From the IMG/VR virus record IMGVR_UViG_3300028832_000134, positions 6,086-70,085 of that record: a stretch of 64,000 nucleotides of DNA. The stretch is one strand, 5' to 3'. The position numbers and the translations under genes are program-made. The notes beneath the pieces are model-generated. The model was not told where the DNA came from. It searched no databases and was given only the letters and a program-made list of their open reading frames with translations. Source of the DNA: a virus. Lineage: Duplodnaviria; Caudoviricetes. Of the stretch, positions 1-9,804 are shown piece after piece (the stretch's first letter is position 1; every line of letters begins with the position of its first letter).

Positions 1-1210
1 GACCAGGCACATACACATCAGTTCGACATCTAGCGACTTCAGGATGTTGCAAGTAGTACTCTACTGATCTGATAGAATTGCTGCATCGATTTATGAATGT
101 GTGTAGTGCATTTTTCTCGTTCTGCAGCAGATGAGGACACAGGCCCTGTATCAAATGAACAAGATTAGTATGGATTTTGAGTTCAGACAACTCAGGCAGA
201 AAAAAGATATCCGATACACAAGTAAGATGACCATCAGCTACTTCATGCTTGAATCTATCAGCAGAAATTTGAGGAAGTCCTAGCTCTTTCATGAGACGGA
301 TGATACGAACATACAATGAGGACTTGCAATTCTTGTCCGAACACTTAGTTCGACCAAAAACAGAAGTATCTAGCGGAGCTCCACACACAGGACAGAGCTT
401 AGACATTATACTTTTATCTTTAAGCGGATAGCGATATGCGATAGTAACTTGATCTTCATCAACAATGAAAGATCCTTTGCGAGACAACGCATTTTCTAGC
501 CCAGTAGCGTAGTCAAACACATATGTCTTGCCAACAAGATCAGTGACCTTAGACCAGAAGTAACCAGCGTCATCAGTTTCTTGATGCACTGATTTGATGC
601 ATACTTGAGTATATCCAGATCGATACAAGAAGAACTTATCAACGCGATAGACAGCCATCATGATCGGCAGAGGCACATTTGTGATATCACCGAACACTCT
701 GATCCACATCTGATTCAAGAAGTTCTCATCAGAAGGCAGTGAAATAGACATCAGCTGACCTCGGAGAGTACGGAATCCGGACATGTCCAACCAACGAAGT
801 GTAGCATAAGCCCCGATGAATTTCGTTGCATAGCTAACTGCATGATAACAGTAGAATTTCAGGTCAGCTGCTTTCTTACTGTCTAATGCAGAAGAGATGT
901 AATTGAACATGCAATCAGGCAGCCTGCCGTTGGCCTTAGGATCAATCGGAGCAACTAGCACACCAAACACATGAGTAGTTCCTCCGACAATCGAGATCCT
1001 GGATGGAACTAGACTGTACTTGATGAATTGCTCCTTTATCTCTACAGGGAGCTTCTTCAATGGTTTGGATCCTTCTTCATCATTATCAAACTTGATATTG
1101 GTGAAGATTGCTTTTAGCACTCCCTTATCGCTGTATTCCAGCTTCAAAGGAAGACCTGCAGGAACGGGAATAAAATAGTCGCCAGGCTTGAGAAGGTTTC
1201 TCAAATTCAT
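1..1210 (-). CDS. Degenerate NAD+-dependent DNA ligase (LigA)-like protein, runs off the window edge
   Basis: Not in the ORF track. Manual translation from ATG at 1210 (SD AGAAAGAGGT) is open to base 1: MNLRNLLKPGDYFIPVPAGLPLKLEYSDKGVLKAIF...CPVCGAPLDTSVFGRTKCSDKNC...GLPQISADRFKHEVADGHLTCVSDIFFL. Collinear with the LigA adenylation, OB, C4 zinc finger and HhH regions, but no KxDG. Confidence 0.65.
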   Translation of the reverse strand, partial: MNLRNLLKPGDYFIPVPAGLPLKLEYSDKGVLKAIFTNIKFDNDEEGSKPLKKLPVEIKEQFIKYSLVPSRISIVGGTTHVFGVLVAPIDPKANGRLPDCMFNYISSALDSKKAADLKFYCYHAVSYATKFIGAYATLRWLDMSGFRTLRGQLMSISLPSDENFLNQMWIRVFGDITNVPLPIMMAVYRVDKFFLYRSGYTQVCIKSVHQETDDAGYFWSKVTDLVGKTYVFDYATGLENALSRKGSFIVDEDQVTIAYRYPLKDKSIMSKLCPVCGAPLDTSVFGRTKCSDKNCKSSLYVRIIRLMKELGLPQISADRFKHEVADGHLTCVSDIFFLPELSELKIHTNLVHLIQGLCPHLLQNEKNALHTFINRCSNSIRSVEYYLQHPEVARCRTDVYVPG

Positions 1211-1235
1211 TGCATTTACCTCTTTCTTAGAATGA

Positions 1236-3173
1236 TTATCGCCTACCTCCCTGACGAGAGAGGCCAGGAAACATGGAAGGAAGTTGCGGTGTACCACGAT
1301 TAGTATTTGGAGATAGTCTGCTACCATTGATCGAAGCAATAGCAGACGCTACCTTAGAAGTAGGCACAGGAACAGATACGTTATTCTTAATAGCATTCCA
1401 GATAGCACCTGCAAGCGAGTCAGCCACGTCTTTTGATCCACCTACGGGGTGATCACAAATACCCGAGAATGCATCACGCTGAAGATGAATGATTTCATGT
1501 TGGAGTAGCTCACAATCAAGCAGATCGATCCGCTGTTCTAGGAACACTGACTTCAGTGCTTCATAACCGTCAGGAGTTCTATCTAGCGAAATCTTATCAC
1601 TTATGAATCCTTTTGCTTCAAGCAGTTCTCCAAGGTACTCACTTTGGTACTGGTCTCGGCTAGTTCGCTGAATATTGAAACCCTGTGTTCTCAACCAACA
1701 AGTAAATTCTAGTATCTTCTGATACGGTATCTTATCTCCTCTAGGTGCTTGTATTGCTACTGAGAAGATATGAGAGAACGCTGGAAGTGATACAGTAGTC
1801 CCATCCGGCAACTTAATGTCCTTTCTACCTGAGATACATACACCGGAGATACCCGATCGGTCAGTATTCAAGGACAAGTCAAAGTGCAAATACAGCGGAC
1901 ATCGCTTGAGCCTTGCGTCAATCACATCTATGTGGAAGAATTCTTCAATAGTGAACGGGCTAAGAGTTCCTAACTCTACGACATCACTAAAGAACGGATT
2001 ACGTCGTGTCTTAGATATACATGCGCTGATAGTTGCCTGTGTAATGAAGGACAACGCGCCTGGAACAGCAATACCAGCAAGATCCCGCAAGGCGATATCA
2101 AAATCTGCAGTAAACTCAGGGCGCATGTCGATCGGAACTTCAAGCAGCTGAAAGCCTTGTTTGGTTATATCAGCAAGCCCTTCGGGATTGTTCTGAGTAT
2201 CAGGAACAACAAACCCATGCTGATGTCGGTTACCTACAGCAATATAGAATCGCTCGCTATGAAACATTGACGGAGGCAAAACCTCCCACTGCGGCTTGTC
2301 AAATATATACATGTGTTCGCCAGCACCACTCTGGAGTTGACGAGACACATAATACTCCATAAAATCATTATCGCTTTTCTTGGAGGATATTGCAAACAAC
2401 TTTCCGTATACTTCGCCTCCTTGACGGAAAGTGCCTTTGATACGAGCGGAGATTGTGTTGTAGGTATCTTGCATGCGAGCTTTCGCTTTGTTGATATCTT
2501 TGATGCCGGCCTTAGCAAAGTTCGCCTCATCAAGGAAACCAACAAATATCTGCTGGCCTAGGCCATGCGAACCATCAGATCCGTAATCTATTACAATCTT
2601 ACCACCATCGGGAATGTAATAGAAATTCTGCTCACTGTCAGAGAACTTCCCATGGTTACAGAACCATGGACTAGCTTTCAGTGTGTCGTTAAATTCACGG
2701 AAAGCAACGCCTTTGGCCAAATCCTTAGTGACGTTGAAAAACAGAATTGAGAACTTGGATACATCTTTCTTGTGAAAGAAAGCTTGAGGGTCTCGCAGAC
2801 ACATTAGTCGATACAGCATGTAAGCTGTGCCTGTGATGCCTGTGGAAGTCTTTCCAATACGCGTTGCACCAGTTAAGACTACTTCGTCAAACTTGTTTCC
2901 ATTGTTGAAAATATCTCGAAGTACCTTACGCCACGCAGGATAAACAGCAGTTCCATTTCGGGTTACTTTACCAAGGTACAGCGGATCTTCTATGAATGTG
3001 TCGATAGATACTGGAATCTCGATGTAGTCGGCCATCCAGATGTCTTCAAGCGTCGGCGATTCTCCATACTGACTAAACTCTCTTAGTATCTGCCGCAAGT
3101 AACTTCTTTCTTCTTCAGAACAAGATTGATATGCATCTTGGATCCGCTGTAAAATTTCTGGACCATCAATCAC
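1236..3173 (-). CDS. terL: Terminase large subunit
   Basis: Walker A GATRIGKT, Walker B FLDEANF, C-terminal RNase H-like nuclease (FDLS...HPVGGSKDVADSLAG). Confidence 0.9.
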   Translation of the reverse strand: MIDGPEILQRIQDAYQSCSEEERSYLRQILREFSQYGESPTLEDIWMADYIEIPVSIDTFIEDPLYLGKVTRNGTAVYPAWRKVLRDIFNNGNKFDEVVLTGATRIGKTSTGITGTAYMLYRLMCLRDPQAFFHKKDVSKFSILFFNVTKDLAKGVAFREFNDTLKASPWFCNHGKFSDSEQNFYYIPDGGKIVIDYGSDGSHGLGQQIFVGFLDEANFAKAGIKDINKAKARMQDTYNTISARIKGTFRQGGEVYGKLFAISSKKSDNDFMEYYVSRQLQSGAGEHMYIFDKPQWEVLPPSMFHSERFYIAVGNRHQHGFVVPDTQNNPEGLADITKQGFQLLEVPIDMRPEFTADFDIALRDLAGIAVPGALSFITQATISACISKTRRNPFFSDVVELGTLSPFTIEEFFHIDVIDARLKRCPLYLHFDLSLNTDRSGISGVCISGRKDIKLPDGTTVSLPAFSHIFSVAIQAPRGDKIPYQKILEFTCWLRTQGFNIQRTSRDQYQSEYLGELLEAKGFISDKISLDRTPDGYEALKSVFLEQRIDLLDCELLQHEIIHLQRDAFSGICDHPVGGSKDVADSLAGAIWNAIKNNVSVPVPTSKVASAIASINGSRLSPNTNRGTPQLPSMFPGLSRQGGRR

Positions 3174-3676
3174 TTAATCTCACCTGCCTCGATAGCATGC
3201 AAGACCGTCTGCGCAGCATTCATGAGGCGTTCTCGAGACGACGGATCTAGTATCTCTGCTGTCTGCGATTGTGCACCTTGTGGGATTGTTTCAACAATGT
3301 TGAACGCATCAGAATTCAAATAAGGTTCTAACAACTTCTGGGACTTTATCATGTTGTCCTGTAGCTTTTCTTGAATACGAAGAAGGACCATCCATGCCGT
3401 AGGTGATGTGGGATCTGCATGATCAATAGTATTTTCTATAGACTCATACAGCTTATCGTCTAATTTATCCATTAACTCTAGATAACGAATGATCCGAGCT
3501 ACTTGATGATAGATACGCATCACAGTTATGTTGTTAATTGCGTTTCGGCATGATGCAAAATTATCTAAGGAGCACGCAAGCAGCGTAGCCCGCATACGAG
3601 CTACGTTTGCTTTCTGTGCTCCATAGATAGGATTCATTATCTCTTTGTATCCATCGACGGTTTCGATGTCTGCCAT
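3170..3676 (-). CDS. Hypothetical helical protein, terminase small subunit candidate by position only
   Basis: 168 aa, overlaps the terL start by 4 nt; no diagnostic motif. Confidence 0.35.
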   Translation of the reverse strand: MADIETVDGYKEIMNPIYGAQKANVARMRATLLACSLDNFASCRNAINNITVMRIYHQVARIIRYLELMDKLDDKLYESIENTIDHADPTSPTAWMVLLRIQEKLQDNMIKSQKLLEPYLNSDAFNIVETIPQGAQSQTAEILDPSSRERLMNAAQTVLHAIEAGEIK

Positions 3677-3707
3677 GATTAGTTCCTCCGATACTGGATA
3701 GAGACAA

Positions 3708-3911
3708 TCAATTCAGTCCGAGCATTACAACTCCCAGATCTGCGATTGCGTTTGCAGCCGTAACATTCTTAGGATCCTTCTGATCTAACGCAACCTTAGC
3801 AAGAGCGTCAATAGCACACTGAATGTGATGTTTGGATTCAGCGTAGCTGTCGGCGGCTGAAACCTCAGACGGTTTCTTCGAGATCTGCTTGCTGTTCCTG
3901 GATATCTTCAT
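3708..3911 (-). CDS. Hypothetical protein
   Basis: SD GGAGG, packed in operon. Confidence 0.6.
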   Translation of the reverse strand: MKISRNSKQISKKPSEVSAADSYAESKHHIQCAIDALAKVALDQKDPKNVTAANAIADLGVVMLGLN

Positions 3912-4224
3912 AGGACATAACCTCCTTGACGGCTTCTAGTAAGTTGAAGAAATCTTCGTCACGATCAATCAACTTCTGGAATTCTTCAATTGCATCTTTT
4001 AAGTCCTTATCGTCGCTCAGATCAACAGCAGCTTCGATGTCAGACTTCAGCTTAGAAAATGCGGTCCGGAGAGCCAACATGTCAGGAAACGCGCTGTAAC
4101 ACTCCATCTCCACATCGACCAGATTTGCAACTGTATCAAATGGCCAGATGTACTTTCGAACTTGAACATACAGTTCAATGTACCGCCGGCGAAGATCCTC
4201 TACATCGATAAGTTGACGACTCAT
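3865..4224 (-). CDS. Hypothetical protein
   Basis: Coupled overlaps with neighbouring genes. Confidence 0.65.
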   Translation of the reverse strand: MSRQLIDVEDLRRRYIELYVQVRKYIWPFDTVANLVDVEMECYSAFPDMLALRTAFSKLKSDIEAAVDLSDDKDLKDAIEEFQKLIDRDEDFFNLLEAVKEVMSYEDIQEQQADLEETV

Positions 4225-4430
4225 TTGTGAATCACATCACCTTTCTGGGTTTCTGCTTCAATTATTCGAGACATACTGATCAAATTCAGATCAGATTGCT
4301 TGCTAAGGAATTGACATTCGCTTACTATGTTATCATCTTGCACCATACACATGTAAGCGACATAGTACTGTGCGAATGTTTGTTTAGATGCTTGCGTCTC
4401 CAGCAGGCACTGCTTCAGTAAGTTGAGCAT
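4221..4430 (-). CDS. Hypothetical protein
   Basis: Packed in operon. Confidence 0.5.
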   Translation of the reverse strand: MLNLLKQCLLETQASKQTFAQYYVAYMCMVQDDNIVSECQFLSKQSDLNLISMSRIIEAETQKGDVIHK

Positions 4431-4743
4431 TGTATTTATTACAGATCAATGTATAAAGCGGAATGAGTCTAGAAGGTACGCCTTGAACTTCTTTCTCGTG
4501 CTTTATATTTACATCATAGAACCATTGGAGTGCTTCTACAGCGTCTAAGAGCTCATCAAGCCGAGGTATGCGAATGTACTCTCCACCAGCATACTTACAA
4601 AGATCAATCAAACTCTTATGCCCTATGATAGAAAATAGTTCTGGGAGCCATGCATATTCAGGAACATCACTCAACGGAGGCATCAAGCCTAACAAGTAAT
4701 GGAAATCAAGCTCCTCCGTCAACGGAAGTCGATTAGAGCTCAT
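4384..4743 (-). CDS. Mor-like transcription activator (tentative)
   Basis: IIGHKSLIDLCKYAGGEYIRIP resembles the Mor-family iG.e...L...fGG..iYiP motif. Confidence 0.45.
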   Translation of the reverse strand: MSSNRLPLTEELDFHYLLGLMPPLSDVPEYAWLPELFSIIGHKSLIDLCKYAGGEYIRIPRLDELLDAVEALQWFYDVNIKHEKEVQGVPSRLIPLYTLICNKYNAQLTEAVPAGDASI

Positions 4744-5438
4744 TGATTTATCTCAAACACAATTGCGTTATCAGTTCGAGCAAGTCGATTGAACGTCAAC
4801 TGATTGTATCCATGACTTTCGATGCTGTCAACAACAGCTGTCATGAGACGATTCAAGTTGATCTTGTCTTGATAGTAGACCCATAGCTCAGAATCGCTGT
4901 CTCGTGTTGCTACACGAACTACACCAGCAGTAGATTCATCTGACTCTAATATGTCCTTGATAGCGGATGCAATGTCCTCATTCATGATATTTGTAGCTTC
5001 GGATACTTCATCAGTAGGTCCAGGAACATCTGGAACAACATTCATACCAGGAACGTCTGCATCTTCAGGAGGAGTTTCCTCCGATTCGTCAGTAGATAGA
5101 TCCATATCCGGCGGTGCATCAAAATCAAGCGAAGGACTAGACCCACCAGAAGGCCTAGGGGGAGGTGATCCTCCGAAATCGCCAGAATCGGTGAACTCTT
5201 CAGCATCACCGAAATCATCCGATAGATCAACATCTTCAACTTGTTCAGAAGACCCGTCATCGGGAACTAAGTAATCCTTAGTGCGATACTCCGGATCAAT
5301 GTATTCTGCTAACTGCTGAACCAACTTGACATTCATTGGAGCGTTTGCAGCTCGAATCAACTCGTCTTGCCGAGTGGTAGAAAATGACCTATACAGCCGA
5401 CTCGCTGATAAGATCTTGACAACATCTAGTTCAGCCAT
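4740..5438 (-). CDS. Hypothetical protein with acidic/Pro-rich linker
   Basis: 232-aa ORF, D/E/P-rich middle. Confidence 0.7.
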   Translation of the reverse strand: MAELDVVKILSASRLYRSFSTTRQDELIRAANAPMNVKLVQQLAEYIDPEYRTKDYLVPDDGSSEQVEDVDLSDDFGDAEEFTDSGDFGGSPPPRPSGGSSPSLDFDAPPDMDLSTDESEETPPEDADVPGMNVVPDVPGPTDEVSEATNIMNEDIASAIKDILESDESTAGVVRVATRDSDSELWVYYQDKINLNRLMTAVVDSIESHGYNQLTFNRLARTDNAIVFEINQ

Positions 5439-5453
5439 TTTCCAACACCTCCA

Positions 5454-6536
5454 TCAGTAATCATAATCAACACGATAGAACTTACTGCGATAGGATTCTA
5501 GATCCGAACGAAGTTCTGAGATAGTATCAGCACGGAAATAAACGATCGGAGCTGTCTCTTTTCTAGGATCGTCGTCAAATGCGGCCATCTCTGCTTCGAA
5601 TCTATCTCCATCCCACCGCTTAGCTTCATCGCCATAATCGACGCATTTCGTCAGAAGCGGTTGTGCCCATGCCGGCAACTTTATCAAGAGCCTCCGGTCG
5701 TCCATGTCACCGTAGTACTTAGGATGGAATGTAGCTTTTGACACAGCTACTGTATCTTCAATAGTTTTGCGAATCTGATACATCCATTCACGGACCTGAA
5801 CACGAATCTTCTCCATGGTCTTGGACTTATTGATATCAAAGTCAACTTTCGGATTGAACTTGATGATAGCTCGAAGAGTCTTGACCCACTTCTGGCTCAG
5901 CATCCCCTTCTCAATGAGATCAGCGAACTGCTCTTGATAAGTGTCGTTTGGAATACAACGAGCAACTATCAGAAGTGTATATTCGTCTTGCAACTTACTG
6001 GTAGAAACATATCCGTCCATGTAAGGTGCTTTCTTCTTCAATTTTTCAAAGTATGCAGTCAAGAAACTCACATACTCATCGACTAAGTCTTGATCAAATC
6101 CAGGACTATCTGGAATAGTATCTTCCCCATTGCGGATCAACCAGTAATCGTTGACATACCAGCTCAACGAGTTCCAAGTGTCCCAGATAGTTCCATTTTC
6201 TAGACAAACTACATGAGACGATAGCCCATACGCTCGTTTACCTACAGTTACTAGATAAGTGCCGGTAGGATGGCTATCAGCAAACTCAGTTAGCGTAATT
6301 GCGTCTTTACTGACATTTCTCTTAGTTATGTATCCATGATCGCGAACATACTTGGTCCAGATAGAATCGTACCAGTATTCACTACCGATCTTAAGCAGGT
6401 CTCGATGAACATCATCATATCGTTGACCGTATGCAATGCACAACGCACGAATTGTGCAGTCACCGGTGTTATTGTTTCGAGAATTTGCATTGTATCTCCG
6501 CAGTTCCGCTGCTTCAACATTACTCAACGGAATCAC
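5454..6536 (-). CDS. Protein with N-terminal papain-like/C39-like Cys-His domain
   Basis: GDCTIRAL...SHVVCLENGTIWDTWNS pattern. Confidence 0.5.
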   Translation of the reverse strand: MIPLSNVEAAELRRYNANSRNNNTGDCTIRALCIAYGQRYDDVHRDLLKIGSEYWYDSIWTKYVRDHGYITKRNVSKDAITLTEFADSHPTGTYLVTVGKRAYGLSSHVVCLENGTIWDTWNSLSWYVNDYWLIRNGEDTIPDSPGFDQDLVDEYVSFLTAYFEKLKKKAPYMDGYVSTSKLQDEYTLLIVARCIPNDTYQEQFADLIEKGMLSQKWVKTLRAIIKFNPKVDFDINKSKTMEKIRVQVREWMYQIRKTIEDTVAVSKATFHPKYYGDMDDRRLLIKLPAWAQPLLTKCVDYGDEAKRWDGDRFEAEMAAFDDDPRKETAPIVYFRADTISELRSDLESYRSKFYRVDYDY

Positions 6537-6906
6537 TCCTGTCCATGTATATGTAAGGCTTCTCAGGTGATTCTGTTTGAATAGTATATGAGAAATAGTA
6601 CGAAACTATATCATCACCCGTAGTGAGGAAGCGCACAATGTACTTATGATACCCTGCAGTTTGATTCAACTGTCCAACAGCAACATCAATCCATGGACGA
6701 CCTTGAACAAACGAAAACTGAACAAAAGTCAGATCATCACAATTATCGTCAGTGATTTCTCGAATCTCAATAGGCCGAAAAGCGAAAAGAGGACAAGGAA
6801 CTCTGAGATAAATGCGAGAATTGAATTCCCTTGGATTGATTATAACAGAGTTCGATGCAAGGTCAGCGTAAGTACACAACTGAATTTGAATTGTCGGAAT
6901 CTTCAT
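6520..6906 (-). CDS. Hypothetical protein, possibly structural
   Basis: 128-aa beta-rich ORF coupled to neighbours. Confidence 0.6.
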   Translation of the reverse strand: MKIPTIQIQLCTYADLASNSVIINPREFNSRIYLRVPCPLFAFRPIEIREITDDNCDDLTFVQFSFVQGRPWIDVAVGQLNQTAGYHKYIVRFLTTGDDIVSYYFSYTIQTESPEKPYIYMDRSDSVE

Positions 6907-6912
6907 CTTGCA

Positions 6913-7218
6913 TCACGCCCATGAAATGATATAAGACGCGTGATTGTTAGCCATCGCGCGTGGCGTCAGCACATAGCCGTTTAGCTCCAGCGTAGATTGC
7001 ACATTGTCGCTTATCTCTTTGTCATAGATTACAGAAGTTGCACCTGTGTTAGCTGCGGTATTGATGGCATAAGCTATTGATTGAGTTTCGTGTATCTCAC
7101 TAGCGTTCTCTGCAACATTTTTCACATCAGCTGCAGGTTGTAATTCAGTTAGTTGATCTCTTGGGATCAACGTAGGTACATTTACAGGTACAATAGGTAC
7201 ACCTTGTCCAGAAGCCAT
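6913..7218 (-). CDS. Hypothetical protein
   Basis: SD GAGGAGG, follows an AACCTTGTATA motif. Confidence 0.65.
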   Translation of the reverse strand: MASGQGVPIVPVNVPTLIPRDQLTELQPAADVKNVAENASEIHETQSIAYAINTAANTGATSVIYDKEISDNVQSTLELNGYVLTPRAMANNHASYIISWA

Positions 7219-7274
7219 TCTAGTAACCCTCCTCGATGGTCAGATACATTCATGTGTATACAAGGTTGTATCAG

Positions 7275-7733
7275 TTATCTTCTACCATCAGCGCGCGCTT
7301 TCGTCTGCGCCTTAGCCAACTTATCGCATCGATCATTCAGCTGATTTCCAGAATGCCCTTTGATCCACTTGAAAACAACAGTATGAAATGTGATAAGGTG
7401 TGACAGCGTATCCCACAAATCTTGATTCTTCACTTCATTATCATCAGACCGCTTCCAGTTATTACTTCGCCATCGTTGAAGTCGACCATTGGTCACTGTG
7501 TTGACGATGAATTGACAATCCGTGTATAAGGTTACATCAGAAGGTTTCCGAAGCAACTCTAGCGCGCGAACGATAGCTGTGAGCTCCATCCGCACGCTTG
7601 TTGTTTTTGTTTCACCACCTGTTAACTCCCTGACTCTCTTGCCTTGCTGTATGATTGCAGCCCATCCTCCAGGTCCATCATCTCGCGAACATGATCCATC
7701 TGTATAAATCACCACTTTTGGGCAATTTTCCAC
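7275..7733 (-). CDS. rnhA: Ribonuclease HI
   Basis: IYTDGSC, GGWAA, RMELTAI, YTDCQF, VKNQDLW, WIKGHSG, NDRCDKLA. Confidence 0.95.
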   Translation of the reverse strand: MENCPKVVIYTDGSCSRDDGPGGWAAIIQQGKRVRELTGGETKTTSVRMELTAIVRALELLRKPSDVTLYTDCQFIVNTVTNGRLQRWRSNNWKRSDDNEVKNQDLWDTLSHLITFHTVVFKWIKGHSGNQLNDRCDKLAKAQTKARADGRR

Positions 7734-7739
7734 AAGCCC

Positions 7740-8693
7740 TCAGATATCAAACAACTTCTTAGGCCTGGGTTTTCTAGAGGGGTGATATGGATTGTTTCGC
7801 ACATACTGCATTACTGCCCACATATCTGCAGCAGCTCTTGCAGCATTAGACTCTTGGACATCTTGAATGGTTAGATGAAGGTGAGCAAGGTAGTCAGAAA
7901 GTTCTTTCAGATTGTACTCGTCGGCGCAGTCAACAAAACTCATATTAGACTTTACTCGACTTGTACGGCTTTGCTTGGAAACAGAAATCACTCCCCACTT
8001 GGTAGTATACATCTTACCATAAGCAGAGCGAAGACGATGACTTACACTATCCGCAGAGTATGCGGGGATCTTAGAAAGTGATTCAAGTGCAGTCATACCG
8101 AACAAGTGAGTTTTTACATCAGGGTTGCTTGATTGCTTGATGACATCATACACATTCTGCATGTAGATGTCCTTGACTTGCTGAGAAGTGTCGTTTGCAG
8201 GCGAAACTCCAAGATAAGGAAGCGGGTTACCTTCTTCGTCTCTCCATTCCAGCACTTTGCGAAGATGATCAAACGACTCGCCATGATGGAATACATAGAT
8301 AAGCTTCTCAGGAGACTTCAGCCTAGTCCGCATATGTAAATAGTTCTCACAGGATTTCATCGCACTCTCTTTGTAATCCTGAGGTGACTTAGGCTGACCA
8401 AACCGACCAGGAATAGTATCAAGTTGAGCAACAGCTGCGGTGTACTCATCAATGCTATTCACATAGTCAATGTATTCATCGAGGTCTACAGTTGCTTTAC
8501 CAGTATGGACTGAGAATGCTCCAGAATCAATAAACAGATGACTAGCGATACCTTGCTTGCAGTACTCGATAGCCTGACGGATAGAAGACCGATCCAGCTG
8601 AGAAACTAGAATAGCAATTGGATCGACATCTGGCATCTTAGCAAGAAGATCAGCCATCTGCTGAGTAAATGATCCGCTAAAGTAATATATCAC
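7740..8693 (-). CDS. TGT-fold base-exchange enzyme (DpdA-like, tRNA/DNA-guanine transglycosylase family)
   Basis: LFIDSGAFS, AQLDTIPG, HLFG, SADSVS motifs typical of TGT/DpdA TIM barrels. Confidence 0.7.
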   Translation of the reverse strand: MIYYFSGSFTQQMADLLAKMPDVDPIAILVSQLDRSSIRQAIEYCKQGIASHLFIDSGAFSVHTGKATVDLDEYIDYVNSIDEYTAAVAQLDTIPGRFGQPKSPQDYKESAMKSCENYLHMRTRLKSPEKLIYVFHHGESFDHLRKVLEWRDEEGNPLPYLGVSPANDTSQQVKDIYMQNVYDVIKQSSNPDVKTHLFGMTALESLSKIPAYSADSVSHRLRSAYGKMYTTKWGVISVSKQSRTSRVKSNMSFVDCADEYNLKELSDYLAHLHLTIQDVQESNAARAAADMWAVMQYVRNNPYHPSRKPRPKKLFDI

Positions 8694-8702
8694 ACTATCA
8701 CC

Positions 8703-8969
8703 TCACCCTGTGATATTTTCTAAACTGCTGACGGCTTCTTCTAACGCACTGAGTACGTCATCAAAGTAGCTGTCAGCTTCACTCATGTACTCAGATGCTT
8801 CTTCCGAAGCTTCATAATTAGGACCGGACTGTGCGGCCATGTTATCACGAGCTTCCTCCTCTTCATCCGCAATAGAAGAAAGATCGGATTGAGCAGATTC
8901 AATCTCCTCACGAAGAGAAGCGATCCGCTCGATGATTTCGGAAATAGATTTTCTACGCTCTGCGTTCAT
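8703..8969 (-). CDS. Acidic coiled-coil hypothetical protein
   Basis: SD GGAG, downstream of an ATCGTTATAGT motif. Confidence 0.7.
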   Translation of the reverse strand: MNAERRKSISEIIERIASLREEIESAQSDLSSIADEEEEARDNMAAQSGPNYEASEEASEYMSEADSYFDDVLSALEEAVSSLENITG

Positions 8970-9018
8970 TGATGTGAGCTCCTTTCTTGATGTAAGTACT
9001 ATAACGATTCATGAAGAA

Positions 9019-9804
9019 TCAGCTACCATACTTACACTCAAACAGGAACTTCGATATAGCAGCATTAGTGGAGATTCTTCCAGACGAGATGTCTTGAATA
9101 CACAGAATTCCACAACGCTGAATATAAGAATTAGTGCGATTCAACTCCATGATTGCTCGGATAGATAGTTCAAGCGGAATATCACGACCATCAGGAAACT
9201 TACTCAGTGTCCAAGCGATCCAATTTACTGGGTCTTTGAACGATACTTTAGTGCGGAATTCTTCAATGTAATTGACTTGTTCATCCGTCATGAGAAGAAA
9301 TGAATTGACTTCAGTTAATGTGCGAACACATCGCCACAGTAGAAGATCCTTTCGTTTCTGATAAACTGGAGCATTTATCGTCTTAGCATACATATCTAGA
9401 TCGGAATCAATAGGAGGCGAGGTAGAAATGCACACGCTACGACTAACGATAGTATCAGGAACACGCTGGAGATTTCGGCATGTTACCACAATAAATACGG
9501 TAGATCTAGGCTCCTCTAAGAACTTCAGTAGTGTGTAAGCAGCGCCTAGCACACCTAGATCAATGTTCTCAATGCAGAGGACAATAGGAGTAGATAGAGA
9601 CAAACACGTATCAATACTCTGACGAACTTCCTGAACTGTGGGCTGCACAATATGAAAGTCGGTGATGCCAAGAAACTTCGCATACAGAGAAGCTAAGTAA
9701 GTTTTACCGCAACCAGAACATCCATCTATCAAAAGACTGTGATGAGGCTGTTCGGCAATTCTGCGAAGTTCGGAAACTGCAGCAGCTTGACACTTCAGCT
9801 CCAT
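9019..9804 (-). CDS. Clamp-loader subunit, HolB (delta')-like
   Basis: HSLLIDGCSGCGKT, LLKFLEEP, VPDTIVSRS. Confidence 0.75.
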   Translation of the reverse strand: MELKCQAAAVSELRRIAEQPHHSLLIDGCSGCGKTYLASLYAKFLGITDFHIVQPTVQEVRQSIDTCLSLSTPIVLCIENIDLGVLGAAYTLLKFLEEPRSTVFIVVTCRNLQRVPDTIVSRSVCISTSPPIDSDLDMYAKTINAPVYQKRKDLLLWRCVRTLTEVNSFLLMTDEQVNYIEEFRTKVSFKDPVNWIAWTLSKFPDGRDIPLELSIRAIMELNRTNSYIQRCGILCIQDISSGRISTNAAISKFLFECKYGS

